From: Burkholderiales bacterium
GTDB taxonomy: Bacteria; Pseudomonadota; Gammaproteobacteria; Burkholderiales; Burkholderiaceae_C
Assembly (NCBI GenBank): GCA_031379365.1
Contig: JANNFB010000026.1
Location: forward strand, 173-64,172
Length of the DNA: 64,000 nt
Direction of reading: 5' to 3'
Numbering within the stretch: position 1 is the stretch's first letter; every line of letters starts with the position of its first letter. Below the pieces are notes generated by a model. The model was not told where the DNA came from. It saw only the letters and a list, made by a program, of their open reading frames with translations, and ran no database searches. Below, piece after piece: positions 1-7,681 of the stretch. The position numbers were made by a program, and so were the translations under genes.

Positions 1-573
1 CACACCGCCATCTGCAACGAGCTGCGAGGTCATGCTGGCCTGCATCGACCAGCCAGCCACACGGCGCGAGTACAGATCGAGCACGACGGCCGCGTACAGC
101 CAGCCCTCGGCCGTCCAGATGTAGGTGAAGTCAGCCAAACACGTCTGGTTGGCTCCGTCGGCCTGGAACTGTCGATCGAGCACGTTGTCGGCAATTGCGC
201 TGCGCGCACCGCGATCCTGCGGCGAGCCTCGACCTCTCGGTCGGGCGCGTAGCGCCTGCGCATGCATGAGTCGCTAGATGCGATGCAGGCCACAGCGATG
301 CCCGAAGGCAAGCATGTCGTGCCACACACGTCGCGCACCATACGTGCGGTCAGTGCCCATGAAGCTGTGGCGCACCGGACTGCCGAGCACTTCGTCGGCC
401 AAATCGCGTTGGCTGGGCGGCCTCGTCAGCCAGGCATAGAAGCCGCTTCGCGAGACACCGAGCGCCTCGCACATCATCAGTACCGGCAAGGCCCCTCGCT
501 GCTTCGCCACGAAGCCGACCTTCACATCGACTCCTTCGCGAAGTAAGCCGCGACTTTTTTCAGGATGTCGCAC
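1..573 (-). pseudogene. IS3-family transposase OrfB (rve/DDE integrase core), interrupted by an in-frame TAG and truncated by the window edge
   Basis: ORF 274-573 ends ...GHRCGLHRI at a TAG (complement of cta at 274-276). The same frame continues as RLMHAQALRARPRGRGSPQDRGARSAIADNVLDRQFQADG...VAGWSMQASMTSQLVADGGV down to base 1. This lower part is not in the ORF track because it has no start codon. Confidence 0.75.
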
Positions 574-863
574 TCTATCCTGAGCGTCGCGTTTTCCTTC
601 TTCAGCCGTGCAAGCTCAGCCCGCGCGGGCTTCATTAAGCCTTTAACAGGGAATGCATGCCGCGGATCGCCCGCCAGCTCCCGCATCCACTTGCGCGGCA
701 CGTTACCGTGCACGTCCAGGTCGCGTGAGGCTTGCGCCAACATCACGCCCCGGTCCTTGACTAGCCGCACGGCCTCGGGCTTGAAATTCCACACGAGTAC
801 CCGGCGTTCCACAAGGTCCTGCCATACTAGAGATTCTTCGTAGTTGAACTTTCTTCTCCGCAT
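522..863 (-). CDS. IS3-family transposase OrfA (HTH/leucine-zipper part)
   Basis: ATG at 861-863 gives MRRRKFNYEES...RELAGDPRHAFPVKG..ARAELARLKKENATLRIECDILKKVAAYFAKESM, typical of IS3/IS911-type OrfA. The 210-aa track ORF extends artificially upstream. Confidence 0.85.
   Translation of the reverse strand: MRRRKFNYEESLVWQDLVERRVLVWNFKPEAVRLVKDRGVMLAQASRDLDVHGNVPRKWMRELAGDPRHAFPVKGLMKPARAELARLKKENATLRIECDILKKVAAYFAKESM
554..560 (-). promoter_or_regulatory. Candidate -1 programmed ribosomal frameshift heptamer A AAA AAG (IS3 orfA to orfB)
   Basis: Plus-strand cttttttt region. The reverse complement reads CTG AAA AAA GTC within ...ILKKV... of orfA. The orfB reading frame opens in the -1 frame just here (ORF 274-573). 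Confidence 0.6.
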
Positions 864-926
864 CGCCGCTCCTGATGAAGATCTGGACCCCCGCGAGCGG
901 GCAGCCGCAGTTTCGCGGATGAGTAC

Positions 927-2432
927 ATGCCAGAACACATCAGGGCGCTGATCGTTATCTTGGTGCTGCTGGCAGTAAGCATGGCACTCATGCGCAAGCC
1001 TGCGCTGTTGCTCGGGATCGAAGCAAAAGACTACACCCGACGCTGCGGCTCTTGGCTTTGGGTCACGGCAGCAGGGTTTCTTGCGCATAACTTCTGGTTG
1101 TTCTTGCTGGCCGCCGCTGTTTGGTTGTGGATTGCCGCAAAACGCGACCCACATTCTCCGGCTCTGTACCTCTTCCTGCTGTTCGCGTTACCACCCCTCT
1201 CGGCATTTATCCCCGGGTTCGCTGGGCTGCAGCAGCTGTTCGAACTGTCCTACGCGCGCCTGCTGTCTTTGCTCGTGCTGCTTCCGGTGTTTGCCATGCA
1301 CATGGGGGTGCGCCGTGCGAGTCGGCAGAGCTATGGTGTAGTCGACTGCTTGCTTGTTGCATACATCAGCCTCGGCTTGATTCTCCAGCTTTCGGTTGAC
1401 ACGTTTACCAACACACTTCGATATGCGTTTTACGCATTCGTCGATGTGTTCTTGCCATACTTTGTGCTAAGTCGCTATGTTGTCACGCTAGAAGCCCGGC
1501 GACAGGTGGTCTTGGCGTTTGTAATGGCAATGCTGTTGATAGCGCCAATTGCGGTGTTCGAATTCTTCAAGGGTTGGCTCCTCTACACCAGCCTGCCGGG
1601 AGCACTTGGCATACCGGTTCAGGAGATACCAGCCTACATAGCTCGCGGAGACTCCTTACGGGCGGTGGTGTCGTCAGGTCAACCAATTGTGCTTGGCTAC
1701 ATGATGGTTATTGCAACTCTCCTGTATGCCGCGGTGGATCGCGACGGTGTCAAGGCAAAAAACTGGATATGCGGTCTGGCAGTGCTCTTGGCCGGAGTTG
1801 TCGCACCTCTATCTCGCGGCCCGTGGGCCGGCTTGGTTGCTGGCCTGCTCCTTTTGGTTCTGACGAGTCCCAAGCCGGGCTATTGGTTCATGAAGCTTGC
1901 TGTCGGTTCGTTGGTGGCCATTCCCGTTCTGGCCATGACAGGTGCTGGGACCAGCATCATTGATCATTTGCCGTTCGTCGGTACTGTTGACAGTGGGAAC
2001 GTTGACTATCGTTCGACACTAATTGATGTTGCCTTGCAGGTTGTCTGGCTAAACCCCTGGTTTGGAAGTTTTGACTTTCTACGTAACTCTGCGTTCGGGG
2101 CTCTCGATCAAGGTGGGGGCGCGGTAGACGTTACGAATACCTATGTCGGGATCGCGCTTTCCTACGGACTTGTCGGGCTAACACTGTTTGTCGGAATATT
2201 CCTCTTTGTTAGCTTTCAGTTGCTGAGGGCTTTGATCGCGTTGGGGCGGCGTGATATCGAACTTTTTGCCCAAGGCCGTGCCCTGTTGGCGGCGGTTGGT
2301 GCAACACTGGTCACGATCGGTACTGTGAGCAGCATTTCATTCGTTCCAGCTGTGTATTGGTGTCTGTGTGGTCTGGCGGTGGGTTACGCGCATCAAATCA
2401 GTACGGAGTCGCGCCCACTTCGTCCGCGATAA
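927..2432 (+). CDS. O-antigen ligase/polymerase-like (Wzy_C-type) polytopic membrane protein, resembling the O-glycosylation ligases found with exosortase EPS loci
   Basis: 501 aa with more than 10 hydrophobic segments and a periplasmic-loop motif ...VVAPLSRGPWAGLVAGLLLLVL... typical of the O-antigen ligase family. G+C is lower than the bulk (1981-2040 = 28/60). The start lies only 64 nt from the IS3 orfA start and is uncertain. Confidence 0.65.
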   Translation: MPEHIRALIVILVLLAVSMALMRKPALLLGIEAKDYTRRCGSWLWVTAAGFLAHNFWLFLLAAAVWLWIAAKRDPHSPALYLFLLFALPPLSAFIPGFAGLQQLFELSYARLLSLLVLLPVFAMHMGVRRASRQSYGVVDCLLVAYISLGLILQLSVDTFTNTLRYAFYAFVDVFLPYFVLSRYVVTLEARRQVVLAFVMAMLLIAPIAVFEFFKGWLLYTSLPGALGIPVQEIPAYIARGDSLRAVVSSGQPIVLGYMMVIATLLYAAVDRDGVKAKNWICGLAVLLAGVVAPLSRGPWAGLVAGLLLLVLTSPKPGYWFMKLAVGSLVAIPVLAMTGAGTSIIDHLPFVGTVDSGNVDYRSTLIDVALQVVWLNPWFGSFDFLRNSAFGALDQGGGAVDVTNTYVGIALSYGLVGLTLFVGIFLFVSFQLLRALIALGRRDIELFAQGRALLAAVGATLVTIGTVSSISFVPAVYWCLCGLAVGYAHQISTESRPLRPR

Positions 2433-2505
2433 TATTTCAGAAAATCTATTATATTACTCTTCCCTCATTATTGAGCTGGCGTCATTGTGCCAATTAACTG
2501 ATAAC

Positions 2506-2545
2506 GAAAAGCTTGCAATCAACCTTAAGCAAGCACATTTGTTAT
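2506..2545. terminator. Candidate bidirectional hairpin terminator in an AT-rich convergent spacer
   Basis: GCTTGC (2511-2516), 12-nt loop, GCAAGC (2529-2534). It is preceded by GAAAA and followed by ACATTTGTTAT. It sits between the convergent ligase-like and GT2 genes. Confidence 0.4.
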
Positions 2546-2624
2546 AGAAACATGGGCTCAAGAGATAGTATAGTATTCAAATAGATAGCACCCGTTTGGT
2601 GGATTTCAGATCACTTCAGAAGAT

Positions 2625-3494
2625 CTACGGCAAACGAGCAGCAGAACCCCTATATTCCTTCCAAGTCTTAAGACGAGCGTACAGACGGGCCATCCGCTGC
2701 CTAACTAGAAATTTTATCGGTCTCGTCTTTGCAAACAACAGCTCCTCGTAGACTTCACAATACGCTCGTCGATAGCTTCTTCCGTGCTTACTGAAAAAAT
2801 AGGCAGAGAAAATTTCATAGTTTTCCATTTGATTGATAGCAGTGCTTACAGATATTTCATTGACTCGATAGTCAAACATGACATCATCAATAAAGTGGAA
2901 TAGTGCACCATGCTCATGGAGAGCTAACCAGAAATCCCAGTCCTCGTTTCCTTTGAGCCGCGCATCATAACCATCTACCAACTGCCACAGGGACTTTCTG
3001 TAGACCGCCAAAGTGTCTATATAGTTTCTGAATAGAAGTAACAGTGGATCAAACGACTGTCCAATACTCTTCTGGTTGTCGGATCCGAAACGATCGTGTT
3101 TCCCGTAGACAACACCTACCGACGCATCTGCCTCCATGATGCCGACTGCCAATTCAATATACTGGGGCCTTATTTTGTTGTCGGCGTCGAGACTTAGAAT
3201 ATAGGGCCCAGCTGCTCGAGAGATTCCAGCGTTTCTGGCGGCGCACTGGCCCATGTTAATTTGGTGAATGACGGTATGACCCGCACTCGCCAATTTATCG
3301 AACTGGAGAAGGGTATTTGAATCCGTCGAGCCATCATTAACAATGATGATTTCAATGGGCCGATAGCTCGAGGTCACCACACTGTCGACGGCCTCTTGCA
3401 AGAACTGGCCGTGGTTGTAGCAAGGGATGACGACAGACACGGTTGGAGCGGACATCTGGAGAGCTTGGCGCGTTGATCGAGTTGGCAGGTGCAT
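2625..3494 (-). CDS. Family 2 glycosyltransferase
   Basis: VSVVIPCYNHGQFLQEAVDSV..., IIIVNDGSTD, and LSLDADN (DXD motif) form a classic GT-A/GT2 N-terminal domain. An alternative start at 3455 (MSAPTVSVVIPCYN) is equally plausible. G+C is low (2881-2940 = 26/60; 3301-3360 = 25/60). Confidence 0.85.
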   Translation of the reverse strand: MHLPTRSTRQALQMSAPTVSVVIPCYNHGQFLQEAVDSVVTSSYRPIEIIIVNDGSTDSNTLLQFDKLASAGHTVIHQINMGQCAARNAGISRAAGPYILSLDADNKIRPQYIELAVGIMEADASVGVVYGKHDRFGSDNQKSIGQSFDPLLLLFRNYIDTLAVYRKSLWQLVDGYDARLKGNEDWDFWLALHEHGALFHFIDDVMFDYRVNEISVSTAINQMENYEIFSAYFFSKHGRSYRRAYCEVYEELLFAKTRPIKFLVRQRMARLYARLKTWKEYRGSAARLP

Positions 3495-3518
3495 CGCGTA
3501 GCGGCGAGGCGTTGCCTG

Positions 3519-4811
3519 TCAGGCAGTGGGGTAGCTTGGTGGAGCAGAGCCACCAGAATTCGTTTGAAAGCTTACATTGACGTTCGCGCAGGTCATTCCG
3601 TGGTACTGGCGACTAAGCTGACGCACGCCATAGATGGGAGTCTCAGCGACCTCGAATGGATACGGTAGCTTGCATTCACAGAACAGCAGTCGGCCCTGAT
3701 CCTTGAGGCACACGCGCAGGTTGTAAGCCCCAGGGACCAGGGGCAGGCTATTGATCGAGATGAGGCAGTGAACGGTTTCACCCTCGCTGGTACGGCGCGC
3801 GGTGTCAATGTCAATCGTGTCGATGCCCATGATCAGGGTGCCGAACACATCCTCGATGTAGCAATGGACGGCTACGGCGAAGCACGCCTGATGCGTCGTG
3901 AACCTAATCCGGACTGTTGCGGGCTGCAGGGGGACCGGTTCACGGCCCTCTGGCCCAACGACTTGCGCGCTCAGACATTCAAATGGCCCCGCGTGCTGGG
4001 ACTCCATCTGATCGGAACCCTGCACCGCTACATCAGAATAGTGGCGAATAGCGGTCTCCACCTCTCCGCAGAAATCAACACGGCCATCTCGCATTACAAC
4101 CGCACGACTACACAAAGACTGCACGGCCGCCATGTTGTGGCTGACGAAAAGGACGGTGCGTCCAGACCCCGTGGAAACTTCCTTCATCTTGCCGAGGCAC
4201 TTCTTCTGAAACTGCGCGTCGCCCACCGCGAGTACCTCGTCGACGATAAGTATTTCTGGTTCTAGGTGGGCTGCCACACCGAAGGCCAACCGGACATACA
4301 TACCGGAGGAGTATCGTTTGACAGGGGTGTCCAAAAATTGCTCCACCTCTGAAAAAGCAACAATCTCGTCGAATTTACTTTGAATTTCGGCGCGGCGCAT
4401 ACCCAACATGGCGCCGTTCAGAAAGATGTTCTCGCGCCCGGTAAGCTCAGGATGAAATCCTGTACCCACCTCCAAGAGTGAGGCTACGCGGCCCTTGAGA
4501 TGAATACGCCCTTCGGTCGGCGGGGTGATGCGCGATAGGATCTTCAGGAGAGTCGACTTACCAGCTCCGTTCCGACCGATGATACCGACGACCTCGCCTG
4601 CCCGAACGTCAAAGCTGACGTCACGTAGCGCCCAGAACTCTGTGTCGCCTCCGCCATCGCGCATTTCTCGGAAGCGGCGAAACGGATTGGTCAGCGACCT
4701 ACTGACGGCCTCTCTAAAGCTCGCCGGGCGTTGCTCAGACCCCAAGAGATAGCGCTTGGATATACCTTGGACTTGGATAGCGTTGTACACCATAGAGCCG
4801 TTAAATGACAT
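3519..4811 (-). CDS. wzt: Polysaccharide ABC exporter ATP-binding protein Wzt with an extra C-terminal (glycan-terminus-binding type) domain
   Basis: Walker A GIIGRNGAGKSTLLK, ABC signature YSSGMYVRLAFG, Walker B ILIVDEVLAVGD. About 157 extra C-terminal residues follow (AGPFECLSAQV...PTA). The ATG at 4809-4811 overlaps the wzm stop by 11 nt. An alternative start lies at 4793. Confidence 0.85.
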   Translation of the reverse strand: MSFNGSMVYNAIQVQGISKRYLLGSEQRPASFREAVSRSLTNPFRRFREMRDGGGDTEFWALRDVSFDVRAGEVVGIIGRNGAGKSTLLKILSRITPPTEGRIHLKGRVASLLEVGTGFHPELTGRENIFLNGAMLGMRRAEIQSKFDEIVAFSEVEQFLDTPVKRYSSGMYVRLAFGVAAHLEPEILIVDEVLAVGDAQFQKKCLGKMKEVSTGSGRTVLFVSHNMAAVQSLCSRAVVMRDGRVDFCGEVETAIRHYSDVAVQGSDQMESQHAGPFECLSAQVVGPEGREPVPLQPATVRIRFTTHQACFAVAVHCYIEDVFGTLIMGIDTIDIDTARRTSEGETVHCLISINSLPLVPGAYNLRVCLKDQGRLLFCECKLPYPFEVAETPIYGVRQLSRQYHGMTCANVNVSFQTNSGGSAPPSYPTA

Positions 4812-5667
4812 CTGCGAATTTTTGCTCTGTCTTGCGAAACTTGTAAATTCCGAACATGAACAGCAGCACTGAGATACAGCACGAAACACCGAGTGTTGTG
4901 AAGTTCCAAGCCTTCCCCAAGATAGCAGAGCGAAATCCGTCGATCAAGCCGGCCATTGGATTTAGTGCGAGTACCCAGTGCCACTCGGCTGGAACGATAC
5001 TAACTGCGTAGACAACAGGCGACAGGTACATCATCGCCTGCATCATGAAAGGGACGGCAAACCGGAGATCCCTGAACGTGACAGTAAGGGCGGAAAGCAG
5101 CAACCCCAGACCAAGCGTCGCGAGGATGACGAAGAACAGTAATGCTGGTAAGAACACGATCTGCCAACTGGGCACCGTCCGGTACCAGACAAGTAGTGCG
5201 ACAAACAGCACAGAGGCGATCGCAAAGTCAACGAGGCAGGTTCCGATAGCGCTAACCGGCACGAAGAGTCGCGGAAAGTAGACCTTCGTCAGTAGATTTT
5301 GTTGATTGACGAGGCTGAGGCCCGCAGTCGAGACCCCGCTGGAAAAGAAGTTCCAGGGCAGCAACCCTGCGAACACAAACAAGGCGAAGGGGAAGCCCTC
5401 AGACGACAGCCCAGCGAGGCGTCCAAAGATGATGGTGAACACCACCACGCTAAACATCGGCTGGATGACTGCCCACGCCACGCCGAGGATAGTCTGCTTG
5501 TAGCGGATCTTAAAGTCGCGCCAAACCATGAAGTAGAGCAACTCGCGATAGCGAATCAGCTCTGACCAGCCCAAACCGCCCCATCCGCGGGGGGACTCGA
5601 TAAGGAGTTCCGGCAATTCGGTCTCACGCGCAGCGACGAGTGCGGCTGCGGATCCAGCTGACGTCAT
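4801..5667 (-). CDS. wzm: Polysaccharide ABC exporter permease (ABC-2 type, Wzm/TagG/KpsM-like)
   Basis: ...LIRYRELLYFMVWRDFKIRYKQTILGVAWAVIQP... and 6 hydrophobic segments. It is adjacent to and overlaps wzt. I prefer the ATG at 5665-5667 to the track's TTG at 5679. Confidence 0.85.
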   Translation of the reverse strand: MTSAGSAAALVAARETELPELLIESPRGWGGLGWSELIRYRELLYFMVWRDFKIRYKQTILGVAWAVIQPMFSVVVFTIIFGRLAGLSSEGFPFALFVFAGLLPWNFFSSGVSTAGLSLVNQQNLLTKVYFPRLFVPVSAIGTCLVDFAIASVLFVALLVWYRTVPSWQIVFLPALLFFVILATLGLGLLLSALTVTFRDLRFAVPFMMQAMMYLSPVVYAVSIVPAEWHWVLALNPMAGLIDGFRSAILGKAWNFTTLGVSCCISVLLFMFGIYKFRKTEQKFADVI

Positions 5668-5878
5668 GGTGTTTCCCAATTAGCGAAGAGCGTCAACAGG
5701 CTCATCTGGTGAGCCACTGAGGGTGATTGATGGGTTCGCTGCGACTGGAGGCGAACCATGACGACTAGCCGAGTGCAATTTCAACCAGGCGTTGCGAGGG
5801 CCAAGTTCACGACCTGCTTCGGCAGCGACGCCAAGTGCGAAGTCACACTGTGAGGAAGTCGCGGCAGGGAAGCCAAGT

Positions 5879-6769
5879 TCATCGGCCCGTTGGAACTGCC
5901 GACGGCGACACAGTGCTGTCGAAGAAAATCCGCGCCAAAAGCGTGTCCAGTGCAAACAAGAACATAAGCGCCACCAACATCAGCACCATGCCCGCCGCGC
6001 CATGCACAAAACCCTGCCCCGCCTCGTCACCGAAGTGGTAGGTCACAAGCACAAGCACGATGACGCGCACGCCGTTCGAAATCAAGGCAATCGGGATGAT
6101 CGATGCCAGCATCCATGCGTTGTGCCACCGGTTCCGTCGGCCCATGATGTAGATGAACAAGGTACCGAGCGCAGATAGGCTGAACAGCGAGTGCAGGCCC
6201 GAACACGCATCGGCCACCAGCAACTGGTACTGCCCTATCGTGATCATCACGCCCGACCGAGCGATCGGGTAACCCAATGCATGCATGAACTCGGTGACCA
6301 CGACCGAGATACCGTGCTTCAGGGGCCCGGTAAGCAGGTCGACAAGCGTGCCGGGCAGGGGCACCATGAAGACCAGATAAACCACAGGGAACCACGCTGC
6401 GCGCAGCGCACCTGGGCCACGCAGCAGCACCAAAATGGAAGCGACGACGATGGGTTGCGACAGGAACTCGGCGCTGGAAATGCCAAACGCCCGCCCGAAC
6501 AAGTAGAGGAAGACGCCGAGCGCGAGCAAAGACCACGCCCAGGCTGAGGAGGGCTCGACAGGGGCGGAGACCAATTTCTCTCGAACCGACCAAAACAGCC
6601 ACACCGCAACCGCCAGCACGATCGGGCCATGGCCGAAGTCTTCGGTGTTCCAGAGGCCGTGCGCAGCGGTCCAGTAGCTCGGCAGGTACATCGCAGCGAG
6701 GCCAAGCGCGGTGATTAGCCAGGGCGTTGCCTCTGCACCGACCAGCGACTTGGGGAGCACAGCGGACAC
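5879..6769 (-). CDS. xrtB: Exosortase (EpsH-type, probably exosortase B / XrtB)
   Basis: 296 aa, polytopic. Catalytic-signature motifs are QLLVADACSGLHSL (Cys), IALISNGVRVIVL (Arg) and GFVHGAAGMVL (His). It lies immediately downstream of epsD-E-F-G homologues. The GTG start abuts the epsG stop (TGAGTG). Confidence 0.8.
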   Translation of the reverse strand: MSAVLPKSLVGAEATPWLITALGLAAMYLPSYWTAAHGLWNTEDFGHGPIVLAVAVWLFWSVREKLVSAPVEPSSAWAWSLLALGVFLYLFGRAFGISSAEFLSQPIVVASILVLLRGPGALRAAWFPVVYLVFMVPLPGTLVDLLTGPLKHGISVVVTEFMHALGYPIARSGVMITIGQYQLLVADACSGLHSLFSLSALGTLFIYIMGRRNRWHNAWMLASIIPIALISNGVRVIVLVLVTYHFGDEAGQGFVHGAAGMVLMLVALMFLFALDTLLARIFFDSTVSPSAVPTGR

Positions 6770-7681
6770 TCAAGTCTCCTTGACCAAGGAGGCGTTCTTT
6801 CGTGCCGGCACGTCCACCAGCACGGACCCAACGACATTGATACCGCCGCCCGACATGGCATTGACGGCTTCGTTGAAGTGCGCCATGCGGGTCATGTTGG
6901 TGCGAGCGACAAACAGAGCCGCGCCGGCCGTTCTGGCCAGCATCATGGCATCAGTTCCGCTGGATATCGCCGGCGTATCGACCACCACGACGTCGAAGGT
7001 CGACATGCTCTGGTGAAAAATGCGCGCCAACGCCGGCCGGCTGAGCAACTCGGCTGGGTTCGGCGGCGTCGGCCCTGAAGGAAGCACCGCCAAGCCGGGG
7101 ATGCCGTAGACAAAGGTCACGACCTGCTCCTGCATGCGCCCGGCCAGCAAGTTGGACAAGCCACTCTGATTCTCGATCTTGAACAACTTGTGTTGTCGCG
7201 GCTCGCGCAGGTCGGCGTCGATGAGCAAAGTTCGTTCGCCGAGTTGGGCGAAAGTCACCGCCAGGTTAGCCGCCAAGTAGCTGCGCCCTTCCCCACGTGA
7301 TGTGCCCACGATCGCCAAGCTGGTGCGCTTGCCGGCCTCGTCGAACCATCGCAATTGCAGTTGGCTGCGCAAGGCGCGCAAGGCCTCGCCTTCTTGGCTG
7401 AAGGGGCGATAAGCCGCGACCACTTCGCCACTGATAGGCCTGTTTGGACCGGGCTGAAGGTACGGGTAGTCGAACTGCAGCGACAGTGCATACAGCACGT
7501 CGCCTTCGGTGATGAGTCCCAGTTCGATGCCCGCTTCGCCGAAGCGCAGGGACGCCTGACGCTGGAAGTTGATGATCCGCTCAGCGTCGGCAGCAGCGAG
7601 CCGCCCCGCGTCGATCAGGATTGCACCGATCGACCGGTCAGCGTTTCTGACCTTGGTCGACAGCATCGTCACAGGCGTCAT
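6770..7681 (-). CDS. epsG: EpsG-type chain-length-determinant tyrosine-kinase-like P-loop protein
   Basis: N-terminal GspE_N-like segment IGAILIDAGRLAAADAERIINFQ...GLITEGDVLYALSLQF. P-loop VGTSRGEGRSYLAANLA, then LLIDADLR. There is an ATGA start/stop overlap with epsF at 7678-7681. Confidence 0.8.
   Translation of the reverse strand: MTPVTMLSTKVRNADRSIGAILIDAGRLAAADAERIINFQRQASLRFGEAGIELGLITEGDVLYALSLQFDYPYLQPGPNRPISGEVVAAYRPFSQEGEALRALRSQLQLRWFDEAGKRTSLAIVGTSRGEGRSYLAANLAVTFAQLGERTLLIDADLREPRQHKLFKIENQSGLSNLLAGRMQEQVVTFVYGIPGLAVLPSGPTPPNPAELLSRPALARIFHQSMSTFDVVVVDTPAISSGTDAMMLARTAGAALFVARTNMTRMAHFNEAVNAMSGGGINVVGSVLVDVPARKNASLVKET

Larger units (their letters stand above)
1..926 (-). mobile_element. 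IS3-family insertion sequence, partial (runs off the left edge). It carries orfA plus a decayed orfB.
   Basis: Minus-strand orfA ends in ...ECDILKKVAAYFAKESM. orfB has an N-terminal region ...SRSGFYAWLTRPPSQRD... and an rve integrase core. I translated 49-190 as ADNVLDRQFQADGANQTCLADFTYIWTAEGWLYAAVVLDLYSRRVAGW. An A6G slippery site lies at the orfA/orfB overlap. The right boundary (about 864-926) cannot be fixed because the other inverted repeat is outside the window. Confidence 0.8.

Noticed and set aside
5680-5955. 91-aa ORF between wzm and xrtB, considered as a possible epsI remnant
   Set aside because: It overlaps the 3' end of xrtB by 77 nt and has no EpsI-like motif. I translated all three minus frames of 5680-5878. 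Only a faint ...SLPKQVVNLALATPG echo of EpsI (IPKQFGQW / LATPS) appears in a different, short frame, which is too weak to call.
6027-6773. 248-aa ORF overlapping xrtB in another frame
   Set aside because: It is Arg/Pro/Ala-rich with no membrane segments, whereas the xrtB frame gives a coherent polytopic protein with the exosortase motifs.
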